Of a stretch of DNA of 64,000 nt, positions 1 to 10,388 are shown one piece after another. Position 1 is the first letter of the stretch. The number at the start of each line of letters is the position of its first letter. Source of the DNA: Phormidesmis sp. (GTDB taxonomy: Bacteria; Cyanobacteriota; Cyanobacteriia; Leptolyngbyales; Leptolyngbyaceae). Under the pieces are notes generated by a model. It saw only the letters and a list, made by a program, of their open reading frames with translations. It did not search any database and had not been told where the DNA came from. The DNA lies in contig CBDFJR010000002.1 in assembly GCA_965248535.1 (NCBI GenBank), forward strand, positions 128,001 through 192,000, given 5' to 3'. A program made the translations under genes and the position numbers.

Positions 1-2
1 CG

Positions 3-410
3 CCGCTTCCCCCGTTTACGTTTGAGACCGCAAAAGCTAAAGTTCAAGCTGCCGAAGATGCCTGGAATACCTGCAATCCCGACAAGGTAGCGCTGGCTTA
101 CACCGAAGATTCGCAGTGGCGCAATCGAGACGAGTTTTTTAGCGGACGAGATGCGATTCGCGAATTTCTTAAGCGCAAGTGGGCAAAAGAATTAGACTAC
201 CGTTTGAAAAAAGAACTCTGGAGCTTCACCGACGATCGCATCTCAGTCTGCTTTCAATATGAGTGGCACGACGATGCAGACAACTGGTATCGCGCCTATG
301 GAAACGAACAGTGGGAGTTTGCTGAAAGTGGCTTGATGCGGCGGCGAGAAGCCAGCATTAATGATGTTGCCATTCAAGAGTCTGAACGCATGTTTCAATG
401 GGAGCGCTAA
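3..410 (+). CDS. DUF1348 / SnoaL-NTF2-like family protein, 5' truncated by window edge
   Basis: Frame open from position 3: [22 protein letters not shown]...WRNRDEF...YEWHD...[12 protein letters not shown]...RREASIND. Confidence 0.85.
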   Translation, partial: PLPPFTFETAKAKVQAAEDAWNTCNPDKVALAYTEDSQWRNRDEFFSGRDAIREFLKRKWAKELDYRLKKELWSFTDDRISVCFQYEWHDDADNWYRAYGNEQWEFAESGLMRRREASINDVAIQESERMFQWER

Positions 411-417
411 TCGGTTG

Positions 418-1503
418 ATGAATAAGAAACTATTGATTACTGAGCTTCAGTCGCAGGGGCTGACGTTAATCGACTCCGAGACTGGAGCATCGGGGCGAAA
501 AGGGGGAGCCGGCCCTTCAGATCACAAAGCGGTGACCGTAGATGGCACAACAATCATGGTGCCGATCTACAACAATGTGGCAGCCCGATCGCCCTACACC
601 ATCCGCAATAGTTCATCAGCAGAGTTGTTGTTAGAACGTTATGGAGAGGCAGTTTCGGCGATTAGCTTTCCGCAACAGCCGCAGTTCTATAATCTCACCA
701 CAACAGACGGCATTCCCTATTGGAAGATTGCTCTGTTGCACAGCCGAGATGTGTTAGCCACCACCGTTATGCAAACCTGCATTCGCTATGGTGACACCGC
801 AACGTCGTGTCAATTTTGCGCGATCGGGCAATCTCTAGACTCTGGCAAAACCATTGCCCGCAAGACTCCGGCTCAACTTGCAGAAGTCGCAGAAGCCGCC
901 GTTCGGCTGGATGGAGTCAAGCATTTAGTGATGACGATCGGCACACCCAACACCCACGATCGCGGAGCCGCTTATCTGATCGACTGTGCTGTTGCGATCA
1001 AAGCTAGAGTTGATCTGCCCATTCAAGCGCAGTGTGAGCCACCTGACGATTTTGCCTGGTTCGATCGCATGAAAACGGCGGGCATCGACAGTTTAGGAAT
1101 GCACTTAGAAGCGGCAGATCCGCAGGTTCGGGCTAAGATTATGCCCGGTAAGGCAACAGTGCCCGTAGAGTATTACTTTGCGGCCTTTGCAGCCGCCGTT
1201 AAGGTGTTTGGCTGGGGACAAGTCAGCACTTATTTACTCGCTGGGTTAGGGGACAGTTTAGAGACTTTGTTGGAAGTCAGCGATCGCTTAATTCAAATCG
1301 GAGTTTATCCGTTTGTGGTGCCGTTTGTTCCCATTACCGGAACTCCATTAGCCCATTATCCTTCCCCCAAAAGTGAATTAATGTTCACTCTCTATGAGCG
1401 CATTGGGGCCCAACTCAAACAAGCCGGAATGTCATCAGCAGATGTGAAAGCCGGGTGTGCAAAGTGTGGGGCCTGTTCAGCAATCTCTAACTTTGAATCT
1501 TGA
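418..1503 (+). CDS. Radical SAM protein, MSMEG_0568 family (Nit1C cluster)
   Basis: RKGGAGPSDH motif, C-x9-C-x2-C (CIRYGDTATSCQFC), C-terminal CAKCGACS; ATG 418 follows the upstream stop at 410. Confidence 0.88.
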   Translation: MNKKLLITELQSQGLTLIDSETGASGRKGGAGPSDHKAVTVDGTTIMVPIYNNVAARSPYTIRNSSSAELLLERYGEAVSAISFPQQPQFYNLTTTDGIPYWKIALLHSRDVLATTVMQTCIRYGDTATSCQFCAIGQSLDSGKTIARKTPAQLAEVAEAAVRLDGVKHLVMTIGTPNTHDRGAAYLIDCAVAIKARVDLPIQAQCEPPDDFAWFDRMKTAGIDSLGMHLEAADPQVRAKIMPGKATVPVEYYFAAFAAAVKVFGWGQVSTYLLAGLGDSLETLLEVSDRLIQIGVYPFVVPFVPITGTPLAHYPSPKSELMFTLYERIGAQLKQAGMSSADVKAGCAKCGACSAISNFES

Positions 1504-1506
1504 TTC

Positions 1507-2001
1507 ATGTACCAATTTAAACTAGCCGCTAGTTCTCGCGAAATTGACGATTACTTTGCACTTCGTCGCACCATTTTTGTTGAAGAACAGCAAATCTTTG
1601 AAAATGACGATCGGGACGACATTGATCACAGTGCCTACCCGATCGTGGCGATTGCTCCTAACCACCAAGTGATCGGCGTAGTCCGAATCTATGAAGTCGA
1701 ACCCGGTGTGTGGTATGGCGGCAGACTCGGCACTCATGCTAACCATCGCAAAGGCTGGAAAATCGGCAAAGGACTGATCCATAAAGCAGTCACAACTGCC
1801 AACATGTGGGGATGCCACCAGTTTTTAGCGACCGTGCAGATGCAAAATGTGCGATTTTTTCAACGATTTCACTGGCAGTCTCTTGAAGAACGCTTGATCT
1901 GCGATCGTCTCCATCACTTAATGGAAGCTGACCTCAAGTTCTACCCAGCTAGCCCTGATATGGGGTCGAGGGTGTTGCTGCGATCGCAGGAGGCTTCTTA
2001 A
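1507..2001 (+). CDS. GNAT acetyltransferase, MSMEG_0567/sll0786 family (Nit1C cluster)
   Basis: LRRTIFVEEQ...GVVRIYE...WYGGRL...FLATVQ; directly follows the radical SAM gene. Confidence 0.85.
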   Translation: MYQFKLAASSREIDDYFALRRTIFVEEQQIFENDDRDDIDHSAYPIVAIAPNHQVIGVVRIYEVEPGVWYGGRLGTHANHRKGWKIGKGLIHKAVTTANMWGCHQFLATVQMQNVRFFQRFHWQSLEERLICDRLHHLMEADLKFYPASPDMGSRVLLRSQEAS

Positions 2002-3032
2002 TGCTGTCGTCTCTCATAGAACGGCTCCAACAATCGTTGAGTCTCGTACAAAAACAAGATATTCAAACCGCTTCGCAGGCATTATCAGTCGGCGCAAACT
2101 GGCAATCTGCTGAAGTGCTATTAGGCGATGACTGTGCGGCGATTCCTGATGAAGATGGCTACTTGCTATTGGCAGCCGAGGGAATGTTGCCCTCTCTGGT
2201 CGAGACAGACCCTTGGTTTGCGGGGTGGTGTGCAGTGATGGTGAATGTGAGTGACATCTATGCGATGGGCGGATATCCGATCGCGATCGTCGATGCTCTA
2301 TGGAGTCGATCAACCGATCTCACTGCCTCAATTTGGGACGGCATGAAGGCGGCGGCTGACGCTTATAGAGTCCCGATCGTGGGCGGTCACACCAACTGCC
2401 ATAGCCCCTACAATGCCCTATCAGTGGCGATTTTGGGACGGGCGACGCGATTGATCACGAGCTTTAACGCCCGATCGGGTGACCAACTTCTCGTCATCGC
2501 TGATTTTCGCGGACACCTTCACCCCGACTCTCTCTTCTGGGATGCCGCAACCACTGCCGATGCCGGGCAGCTTCGCAAAAATCTCGCCCTCCTCCCTCAA
2601 CTAGCCGAAACTGAATTGTGTGACGCGGGAAAAGACATCAGCGCGGGCGGCATCATCGGCACCCTGTTAATGTTGCTAGAAACCTCTGGCTGCGGAGCCG
2701 TTTTGGATTTAGATCTGATTCCCTGCCCTCAAGACCTCTCTCTCGAACAGTGGCTCGTTAGCTTTCCAAGTTATGGGTTTCTTCTCAGCGTCCGCCCCGA
2801 TCGCGTCTCTACGATTCAGTCTTGTTTTCATCAACAAAGCTTAATCTGTGAAGTTATTGGAGCCGTGCAGTCCACTCGCGAACTGGTGCTGCAATCAAGC
2901 AAAGCGGATGCTCAATCATCGCACCTAGAATCGGCTGTGTTTTGGAATTTATCTGATCAGAAACTAACGGGCTTTTCAAAGAGACCACGTAGCCCCCTAG
3001 AACATAACGCAACCCATAGTCCCCTATATTAA
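2001..3032 (+). CDS. AIR-synthase-related protein, sll0787 family (Nit1C cluster)
   Basis: GDDCAAIPD, VNVSDIYAMGG, VGGHT, KDISAGG motifs; TAATG stop/start overlap. Confidence 0.87.
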   Translation: MLSSLIERLQQSLSLVQKQDIQTASQALSVGANWQSAEVLLGDDCAAIPDEDGYLLLAAEGMLPSLVETDPWFAGWCAVMVNVSDIYAMGGYPIAIVDALWSRSTDLTASIWDGMKAAADAYRVPIVGGHTNCHSPYNALSVAILGRATRLITSFNARSGDQLLVIADFRGHLHPDSLFWDAATTADAGQLRKNLALLPQLAETELCDAGKDISAGGIIGTLLMLLETSGCGAVLDLDLIPCPQDLSLEQWLVSFPSYGFLLSVRPDRVSTIQSCFHQQSLICEVIGAVQSTRELVLQSSKADAQSSHLESAVFWNLSDQKLTGFSKRPRSPLEHNATHSPLY

Positions 3033-3090
3033 TAACTTATGTTAAGATTATTCACATAACTTTACATCTTTTCTGTAACAGGCATCCATC

Positions 3091-3636
3091 ATGTCGATTA
3101 CCGTGTTCTTAACCAAGATCCTTAAACCCAGCATCAGTTCTGGCTTTTGGGTTCAGACTACTTGGGCCATCCTCCGCACTGTGGCTGGCATCATGATGAT
3201 CCATAACGGGTTAGACAAGCTAGGCGACATCGAAAGCTTTTCTCACGCCTATGTTGAGGTGATTGGCTTACCCTTTCCGATCGTCTTTAGCTATTTAGCA
3301 GCCTTTACCGAGCTACTCGCCGCGCCGCTGCTGGCTATTGGGTTTTTGACTCGCCCCGCAGCCTTGGGTTTGTTGAGCACCATGGGCGTTGCCATTTACC
3401 ATCATGTTCTCGTCGCTGGGCTAAACCTTCCCTATTTAGAACTGTCTGCCGTCTATGCAGCCTGTTTCTTGCTGTTTACCGTCAATGGGGCGGGCTTGTT
3501 TTCGACCGATGCGCTGATCGTGAATTGGCTTGATGCCAGTGCGCTGTCTTTGCAGGCAAAACAAGTAATGCGCCTAGAGAAGGCTTATCAAGCTACAAAT
3601 TCCCAGAAAGAATCGGTCGGTTCTGCGGCTGACTAA
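3091..3636 (+). CDS. DoxX family membrane protein
   Basis: LRTVAGIMMIHNGLDKL, GFLTRPAA, GAGLFSTD; about four hydrophobic segments. Confidence 0.85.
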   Translation: MSITVFLTKILKPSISSGFWVQTTWAILRTVAGIMMIHNGLDKLGDIESFSHAYVEVIGLPFPIVFSYLAAFTELLAAPLLAIGFLTRPAALGLLSTMGVAIYHHVLVAGLNLPYLELSAVYAACFLLFTVNGAGLFSTDALIVNWLDASALSLQAKQVMRLEKAYQATNSQKESVGSAAD

Positions 3637-3921
3637 CGTTCTGCGATCGCAGGCTCTAGATCATGAATCGCGTTTATCTGCCTCAGAAAAAATTCTGGGG
3701 CTTTTTGATGGCGTTTAGTCCGCACCAAACGAGCGCGATCGAGTATCACCCATCTACCTGCTCCAATATTGTCATGACCAGAGTCAAGCATAGACCGACG
3801 TTAGGTAAAATGCAAGTGGCACTTGCAGGCAAAGCTCGAAGTTGGTAGCATAGATGCAATCAGTGCTTGCCTGGTTTTACCGCAACGCCCTGGGAGCTAA
3901 AAATCGAGTCTTTGGAATTTA

Positions 3922-4782
3922 ATGACCTCAAAATCTCTTGCGACTGCTCTTCCTAAGAGCAGCAAGCAGCTTGCGCTTGATTGGACGACGGTAGCTTTTT
4001 TGGCGGTGATGCACGGGCTGGTGCTTCTGGCTCCCTGGTTTTTTTCTTGGTCTGCTTTGGGGGTGGCGCTCTTCCTGCACTGGCTGTTTGGCGGAATCGG
4101 CATTTGCTTAGGATATCACCGACTGCTGAGTCATCGAAGTTTTCAAGTGCCTAAGTGGTTAGAGTATACGATCGCCACCCTAGGCGCGTTAGCGATTCAG
4201 GGCAGCCCCTTGGCTTGGGTGGGTGGGCACCGTCAACACCACGCCCACACCGAAGACCTTGATAAAGACCCTTATTCGGCACGGCGCGGCTTTTGGTGGA
4301 GCCACATGCTATGGCTGATCTACCGTCGCCCAGAGTTTTTTGACCGCGAAGCCTACTTTAAAAATGCCCCTGACCTAGCCAAACAACCCTTTTATCGCTG
4401 GCTCGATCGCTACTTTTTGATCTTGCAAATTCCCCTAGCCATCTTGCTATATGGGCTAGGCGGGTGGTCGTTTGTGATCTATGGGATTGTGGTGCGATCG
4501 GTCTTATTGTGGCACTCCACTTGGCTGGTTAACTCGGCCGCTCACGCTTGGGGCTATCGCACCTTTGACGTTGAAGATGGTGCTCGCAATCTCTGGTGGG
4601 TTTCTCTGTTGACCTATGGTGAAGGCTGGCACAACAATCACCACGCCTACCCCCATGTGGCAAAAGCGGGCTGGCGCTGGTGGGAGATTGACACCACTTG
4701 GTGGGCGATTCAAGTTCTTAAAGGCTTGGGTCTAGCCAAGAAGATCGTCAGGAACCCCATGCTCAATGATAAAAGCCTGTGA
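3922..4782 (+). CDS. desC: Delta-9 acyl-lipid/acyl-CoA desaturase (DesC-like)
   Basis: His boxes HRLLSH, HRQHH and GEGWHNNHH. Confidence 0.88.
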   Translation: MTSKSLATALPKSSKQLALDWTTVAFLAVMHGLVLLAPWFFSWSALGVALFLHWLFGGIGICLGYHRLLSHRSFQVPKWLEYTIATLGALAIQGSPLAWVGGHRQHHAHTEDLDKDPYSARRGFWWSHMLWLIYRRPEFFDREAYFKNAPDLAKQPFYRWLDRYFLILQIPLAILLYGLGGWSFVIYGIVVRSVLLWHSTWLVNSAAHAWGYRTFDVEDGARNLWWVSLLTYGEGWHNNHHAYPHVAKAGWRWWEIDTTWWAIQVLKGLGLAKKIVRNPMLNDKSL

Positions 4783-4787
4783 AATCG

Positions 4788-5273
4788 CTACTCTCCTTGC
4801 ACGGTCAATCGATAGTTTTGACGAATGCCTGGCTCGATCGAGCCAACCCACACTTGATAGGTGCCTGCTTGCCAATCGCCATCTTCTAAGATGGCCCCCT
4901 TGTTTGAAGAGTTGGTGTTATCCCCACAGCGGACTGAGTTGTCAGACCCCTTGATCACGATCGTGGTCTCTCGATCGCCACTGGTCACTTTTAGCCTCAG
5001 CTTTGCGAAGGGCTTTTGCAACACGAGCAGGTGATCAGGCTTGGGGTCGCCAAAGCCGAGACATTTTTTGTCATGGCGATCGCTATTGCTGACGATGGCA
5101 GGCAGCGAAGTCGAGCCGCCCGTCGAGCCGTTTAAATTTCCAGCCGTGCTGCCAGCACTCAAGGTCAGGGTGCCAAAGTTGGCAGTCTGCGCCCAAACAG
5201 GAACCGCACCAAAAACGGTCAACGTTAAGAGCAAAGAGTTCCAGCTAAATCGATGCTTTTGCCAAATTAACAT
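4788..5273 (-). CDS. Secreted beta-sandwich (PPC-like) hypothetical protein
   Basis: Signal peptide ending VWA-Q; CLGF...PDH...RCGD...GTYQVWVG pattern. Confidence 0.7.
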   Translation of the reverse strand: MLIWQKHRFSWNSLLLTLTVFGAVPVWAQTANFGTLTLSAGSTAGNLNGSTGGSTSLPAIVSNSDRHDKKCLGFGDPKPDHLLVLQKPFAKLRLKVTSGDRETTIVIKGSDNSVRCGDNTNSSNKGAILEDGDWQAGTYQVWVGSIEPGIRQNYRLTVQGE

Positions 5274-5608
5274 TTCAACAGTCTCACTTGATAAACACTA
5301 AAAATTTAGGCGTTAGAACTTCAGATTTGACCCATTCCGGTTAGATGAAGCTTATCAGTTGACACACTCTCTCTTTGATCACAATCTTTTAATAATCTTT
5401 CTAGCTAGAGAAGTCTCCGTATTTTGGTTCATGTCTCAGTATTAAAAATCACACACTAAGATAGAAGATTTTGCCCTAACAAACGCTGAGCAGATTAGGT
5501 ATAAAAGTAACCATAGAGGCAGATTGAGGTCACTCTCACTGCGCCTCGCTACAGCGGAGCAACTGTTTGATTGGTGATAACCCAGCCGATCGAGCCAAGC
5601 GATAGCTT

Positions 5609-5806
5609 GTGACGATCGTTCAACAACCGTCCCCTAAAGGAGCCTTGATGCCGTTGCTAGGTTTGAGTCTGATAGTGGTCGTCGGGTTATTGCTCACTCA
5701 AGTTTTGCTGATAGTTCCTTTAGAGCTAGTTTCTGTGGTCAAAGTTCCCCTTTGGCTAATGGCATTGGGTTTATTAATCCTATTTGCTTGGCTTTTAGGT
5801 GATTAG
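5609..5806 (+). CDS. Small two-TM hypothetical protein
   Basis: 65-aa ORF with two long hydrophobic stretches. Confidence 0.5.
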   Translation: MTIVQQPSPKGALMPLLGLSLIVVVGLLLTQVLLIVPLELVSVVKVPLWLMALGLLILFAWLLGD

Positions 5807-5999
5807 TGGGTCTTCAATCACTGGAGTTGAAGGTCGTGAAAGCACTGATTTCTTAAGAGAATCTTAAGCTCAAAAAGCACATTTAACAGATGGCTCGATA
5901 GAGCTAATAAACACCCTTATTAACGTGTGTTCTAACCAGAGGACGATCGCCCTCGATTGACCTTCTCTCAGAGCAGCACCCAAACCCAAAGGCACCCTT

Positions 6000-8900
6000 A
6001 TGACTGACGTTCACCTCCCTAACAGCGTAGCTTATCGCATCGAAACCTTTATGGGCCAATCGCTGTTGGATCAAGAAACGGCCAGACTTGCCGCCCTCGG
6101 CGAGTACAACATTCTAGACACTGGCTCAGAAGACGTGTTTGATCAGCTAGCCCGCTTGACCGCTACTCTGTGTGACACCCCGATCGCTTTCATCAGCTTT
6201 ATTGACGACGATCGTCAGTGGTTTAAAGCCAAAATCGGCATCGAAGCCTCAGTCATGCCCCGTAGCAAAGCCATGTGTGCTCATACGATGACTCAATCAG
6301 ATGTGCTGGTGATCGTTGATGCGTCAGGAGAAGAGCGATTTATCACCAACCCCCAAGGGGCAGCGGCTTTGCCGATCCGAGTCTATGCGGGGGTGCCTCT
6401 GATCAATTCAGAAGGCTATGTGCTGGGCACTTTGGGCGTGATGAACTATGTGCCGCAGTCCTTTTCACCCAAAGAATTAGATATTTTGCGATCGCTCGGT
6501 CAGCAAGTGATGGCCCAACTTGAGCAGCGCCGCCAAATCATCCGCTTGCAGCGAGCCATCGTTCCGAGCAAAACCATCGATATTCATCAACATTTGCGTC
6601 TGCAACACGCGATCGCTCACGTTTTGGCAGAGTCTCTCACCCTCGCTGAAGCCACCCCTCGACTCTTAGAAGCCATTTGCCGTAGCTCTTCGTGGGATGT
6701 AGGGGAATTGTGGATGGTCGATCGGGCGGCTAATGTGATTCGCTGTGCCGCCAACTGGGCCGAACCCTCCGATCGCCAACTTGATGAGTTTGCAACGGGT
6801 GCTAAAGAATGGGTGTTTGCGCCGGGTTTAGGGCTGCCTGGCGGCGTTTGGGCCAGTGGCGAACCGCTTTGGCTCACCGATGCCATTTACGATAAGCGCT
6901 TTTTGCGCGCCCCGATCGCCGATCGAGCCGGGTTACACAGCGCCTTGGGCTGCCCCATCTCTAGCCGTGGAGACGTGTTGGGCGTGATCACCCTATTTAG
7001 TCACGAGATCCAACCGCCTGACGAAAACTCTATGCTGCTGCTGATGGGGGCAATCAGCCATCAGGTGGGCCAGTTTGTTGAGCGCAAGCAAGCCGAAGAA
7101 GAAGTTCAGCGGCAAACGCTGCGATCGCATCTCTTCGCCGCGATCACCCTCCGCATTCGTCAGTCGCTGAATTTAGACGAAATTCTCTCAACTACCGTGG
7201 CAGAAGTGAGGCAGTTTTTGCAAGCCGATCGCGTCGTCATCTATCGATTGAACCCCGAAGGAAACGGCTCTGTCTTAGTTGAGTCGGTCAACGCTGCCTG
7301 GGCACCCAGTTTGGGCGCAGTGATCGAAGACACCTGCTTTGAAGATGGGCGCTGGAGTCTCTATCATCAGGGGCAAACCCTCGCGATCGACGATATTGAA
7401 CTCGCAAATCTCACCGCCTGCCACAGACAGCTATTGAGAAAGTTTCAGGTGAGAGCCAATTTAGTCGTGCCCATTTTGCAAGGTCGCGGAGCCGTTCACG
7501 ATCCGTCTCTCTGGGGGCTGCTGATCGCTCATCAATGTGGAACTCCTCGCCACTGGCAAAATTTTGAGGTCAACTTCTTAACTCAACTGGCTGATCAGGT
7601 CGGCATTGCCTTGAGTCAAGCGCGACTTTTGACCCAAGAAACCCAGCAGCGAGAACAGCTAGCCTGCCAAAACCTGGCCCTTGACCAGGCGCGGGCAGAA
7701 GCCGAACGGGCCTCAGAGATGAAAAGCACGTTTTTGGCGATGATGAGCCACGAAATTCGGACTCCGATGAATGCCGTGTTGGGGATGACGGGCTTGTTGC
7801 TAGACACCGATCTCAGACCCGATCAGCAAGACTTTGTTGAAACCATCCAGTCAAGCGGAGACAGCTTGCTGATGTTGATCAATCAAATTCTAGATTTCTC
7901 AAAGCTAGAAGCGGGCGAAATGGAACTCGAAGCCCTAGACTTTAATCTAGATGCCTGCATTGAAGAAGTGGCGGATTTGCTGGCTGCCTCTGCCCACGCT
8001 AAAAAACTTGAACTCGGCACGCTCATTTATCGAGATCTGCCTACTAAGCTGCGCGGTGATGTGGGTCGTTTGCGGCAGGTTCTGACCAATTTAGTCAGCA
8101 ACGCCATTAAGTTTACCCATACCGGAGACGTGCTGATTCAGGCAGGGTTGCAGTCTGAAACTGAGACGACGGTGACGATCGCCTTCTCGGTCACCGATAC
8201 TGGCATTGGCATTTCTCTAGAGGCTCAGAAAAAGCTATTTCATCCCTTTGCTCAGGTTGACGCGTCAATGACTCGCAAATATGGAGGAACCGGGTTAGGA
8301 CTGGCCATTTCTAAACAATTAGTCGAGTTGATGAGCGGCACGATCGGGGTGAACAGTCACGAACACCACGGCTCACAGTTCTGGTTTAATCTCACCTTTG
8401 AAAAACAGACGACGGCGATCGCCGATGTTGAATCTGCGCCCAAATTTCTCCCCAATTTGAGCCAGCTTCGAGTCTTGATCGTGGATGACAATGCCACCAA
8501 TCGCAAGATTCTGCGCTATCAGCTTTCTGCCTGGGGCATTGAGTCTGATGAGGCTAACAGTGCCACAACCGCTCTGGTAGCGTTGCGCGATCGCGTCTAT
8601 GGGGGGCAACCCTATCATCTAGCGATTTTAGATATGCAAATGCCAGAGATCGATGGCGAAGCCCTGGGCTTGCAGATCAAAGCGGATTCTGTCTTGTCGC
8701 CGACTACCTTGATTATGATGACTTCAGTGCATCCCAAGGGAGGCGCAAAGCGAATGCTGGCAGCCGGGTTTTCTGGCTATCTGGTCAAGCCTGTTAAACC
8801 GTCTCGCTTGCTCGATTGCCTGATGACAGCGCTCACCCAAGCCTCAGTGCCGCAGTCAATGCCGCAATCAGTGCCGCAACTTGTCCCCTATTCTCAAGCG

Positions 8901-9758
8901 GTGGAGCTATTGCCGAGAGGTTTAACGCCGTCGCCTCTCAACACCCTTTCGGCGGTCTCGATCGCGTCTCCTCTAGTCCAATCGACTGCATCTTTATACC
9001 CAAGTTTTTCGTCAAACAAAAAGATTTCAAAGCTCAAAATCTTGCTGGTAGAAGATAATGCAGTCAATCAAAAAGTAACTTTAAATCAGTTAAAAAATCT
9101 GGGTTACACTGCTGACGTTGCTGCCAATGGTCGAGAAGCCCTGCACATGATTCGGCAGATTTCTTACAACCTAGTGTTGATGGATTGCCAGATGCCAATT
9201 TTAGATGGCTATGGGGCGACTCAAGAGATTCGTCAGTTTGAAGGAGATCAGCAACGAACGATCGTGATTGCCCTGACCGCCAATGCGCTGCGTGAAGATC
9301 GAGAAAGATGTCTAGCGGCTGGCATGGATGACTATCTCAGCAAGCCGATTTCAAAAGAAAGGTTGAAGGACAAACTAATTTATTGGGGTGAAGGTTTGGA
9401 AAGCGATCGGGTCAAACGAAAACGGATCACTCTCGCGATCGACTGGGATCATTTGCACCAAATCTCAGACGGCAATGAAGATTTTGAGCGAGAGCTTCTG
9501 CAAATCTTTGTCGAAGACACTTATGATCATCTAGAGGAAGCTCAGTCGGGGCTGCTAGCGGGCGATCATCTGGCGGTTTCGCGGGCAGCCCATCATGTCA
9601 AGGGGGCAAGTGCCAACGTGGGCTTAAAAGAGATGCGGGCGATCGCAGGCAAGTTAGAAACCGATGCTCACGCCAACCACTTATCTGAAGCAGCGGCTAT
9701 GCTAGCGGGGTTGGCAGACTTGCTCCAAGCTGTGCAGGCTTTTCTAGCTCAAGACTAA
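6000..9758 (+). CDS. Hybrid sensor histidine kinase: GAF-GAF-GAF(DXCF cyanobacteriochrome)-HisKA-HATPase-REC-REC-Hpt
   Basis: EDTCF and CH in the third [13 protein letters not shown]-box; [10 protein letters not shown]; two receiver domains (LDMQMP, MDCQMP); AHHVKGAS Hpt. Confidence 0.92.
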   Translation: MTDVHLPNSVAYRIETFMGQSLLDQETARLAALGEYNILDTGSEDVFDQLARLTATLCDTPIAFISFIDDDRQWFKAKIGIEASVMPRSKAMCAHTMTQSDVLVIVDASGEERFITNPQGAAALPIRVYAGVPLINSEGYVLGTLGVMNYVPQSFSPKELDILRSLGQQVMAQLEQRRQIIRLQRAIVPSKTIDIHQHLRLQHAIAHVLAESLTLAEATPRLLEAICRSSSWDVGELWMVDRAANVIRCAANWAEPSDRQLDEFATGAKEWVFAPGLGLPGGVWASGEPLWLTDAIYDKRFLRAPIADRAGLHSALGCPISSRGDVLGVITLFSHEIQPPDENSMLLLMGAISHQVGQFVERKQAEEEVQRQTLRSHLFAAITLRIRQSLNLDEILSTTVAEVRQFLQADRVVIYRLNPEGNGSVLVESVNAAWAPSLGAVIEDTCFEDGRWSLYHQGQTLAIDDIELANLTACHRQLLRKFQVRANLVVPILQGRGAVHDPSLWGLLIAHQCGTPRHWQNFEVNFLTQLADQVGIALSQARLLTQETQQREQLACQNLALDQARAEAERASEMKSTFLAMMSHEIRTPMNAVLGMTGLLLDTDLRPDQQDFVETIQSSGDSLLMLINQILDFSKLEAGEMELEALDFNLDACIEEVADLLAASAHAKKLELGTLIYRDLPTKLRGDVGRLRQVLTNLVSNAIKFTHTGDVLIQAGLQSETETTVTIAFSVTDTGIGISLEAQKKLFHPFAQVDASMTRKYGGTGLGLAISKQLVELMSGTIGVNSHEHHGSQFWFNLTFEKQTTAIADVESAPKFLPNLSQLRVLIVDDNATNRKILRYQLSAWGIESDEANSATTALVALRDRVYGGQPYHLAILDMQMPEIDGEALGLQIKADSVLSPTTLIMMTSVHPKGGAKRMLAAGFSGYLVKPVKPSRLLDCLMTALTQASVPQSMPQSVPQLVPYSQAVELLPRGLTPSPLNTLSAVSIASPLVQSTASLYPSFSSNKKISKLKILLVEDNAVNQKVTLNQLKNLGYTADVAANGREALHMIRQISYNLVLMDCQMPILDGYGATQEIRQFEGDQQRTIVIALTANALREDRERCLAAGMDDYLSKPISKERLKDKLIYWGEGLESDRVKRKRITLAIDWDHLHQISDGNEDFERELLQIFVEDTYDHLEEAQSGLLAGDHLAVSRAAHHVKGASANVGLKEMRAIAGKLETDAHANHLSEAAAMLAGLADLLQAVQAFLAQD

Positions 9759-10025
9759 AAAACGCTAGTGGTTTCGATCTGGGGTGGATGATGCTTCACC
9801 CCCAGATTTTGCATAGTTGAAAAAGAATTGATCGATTTCCTCTGGTTGATTGATCATTGCCGTCGTTGGCTATTGAGATGATCTGCAAAAGATTTTCCGG
9901 ATTGTGAATTAAAAGTAGCGAAACTAACAGAGGAATTGATGAAATGTAGGAAAACTGAACCCAGTTTTTAGGCTGACTTGATGGACAAATTGCTATTGAT
10001 CTCAACGCATAGTGATCAGAGTCAA

Positions 10026-10161
10026 TTAACGCGAATTTGACGACTTCGCTATCAGCCCATCGTGCCCCCTAAATCCCCCGGTATTGGGAGGCTTTGACCT
10101 TTGGCTCTCTAGAGTTGGGAGCTGGGGGCGGTTTGCTAAGGGTTCATCAAATTCACATTAA
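10026..10161. mobile_element. Short MITE-like element with internal GC-rich palindromic repeat
   Basis: Imperfect 18-bp terminal inverted repeats TTAACGCGAATTTGACGA (10026-10043) / TCATCAAATTCACATTAA (10144-10161), enclosing CCCCCTAAATCCCCC...TTGGG. Confidence 0.6.
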
Positions 10162-10388
10162 ATCAAGGTAGATTTTAGGAGGAGCGATCGCTTAAGATAG
10201 CTCTATAAGTTTTGAGATTTTGATCTCTGTAGATCAGAAAACGCGGGGATCACAGCCACCGCAAATCTGCTCCATTTAAGACATGAACTAGAGCAAAAGT
10301 CTGGCGTTTGTCCAGGCTTTTTTCAGATGCTCACAAACGGTCTATAGACAGATCAATCACCGATTTCAATTTCAGAAACTGGGTTAAT

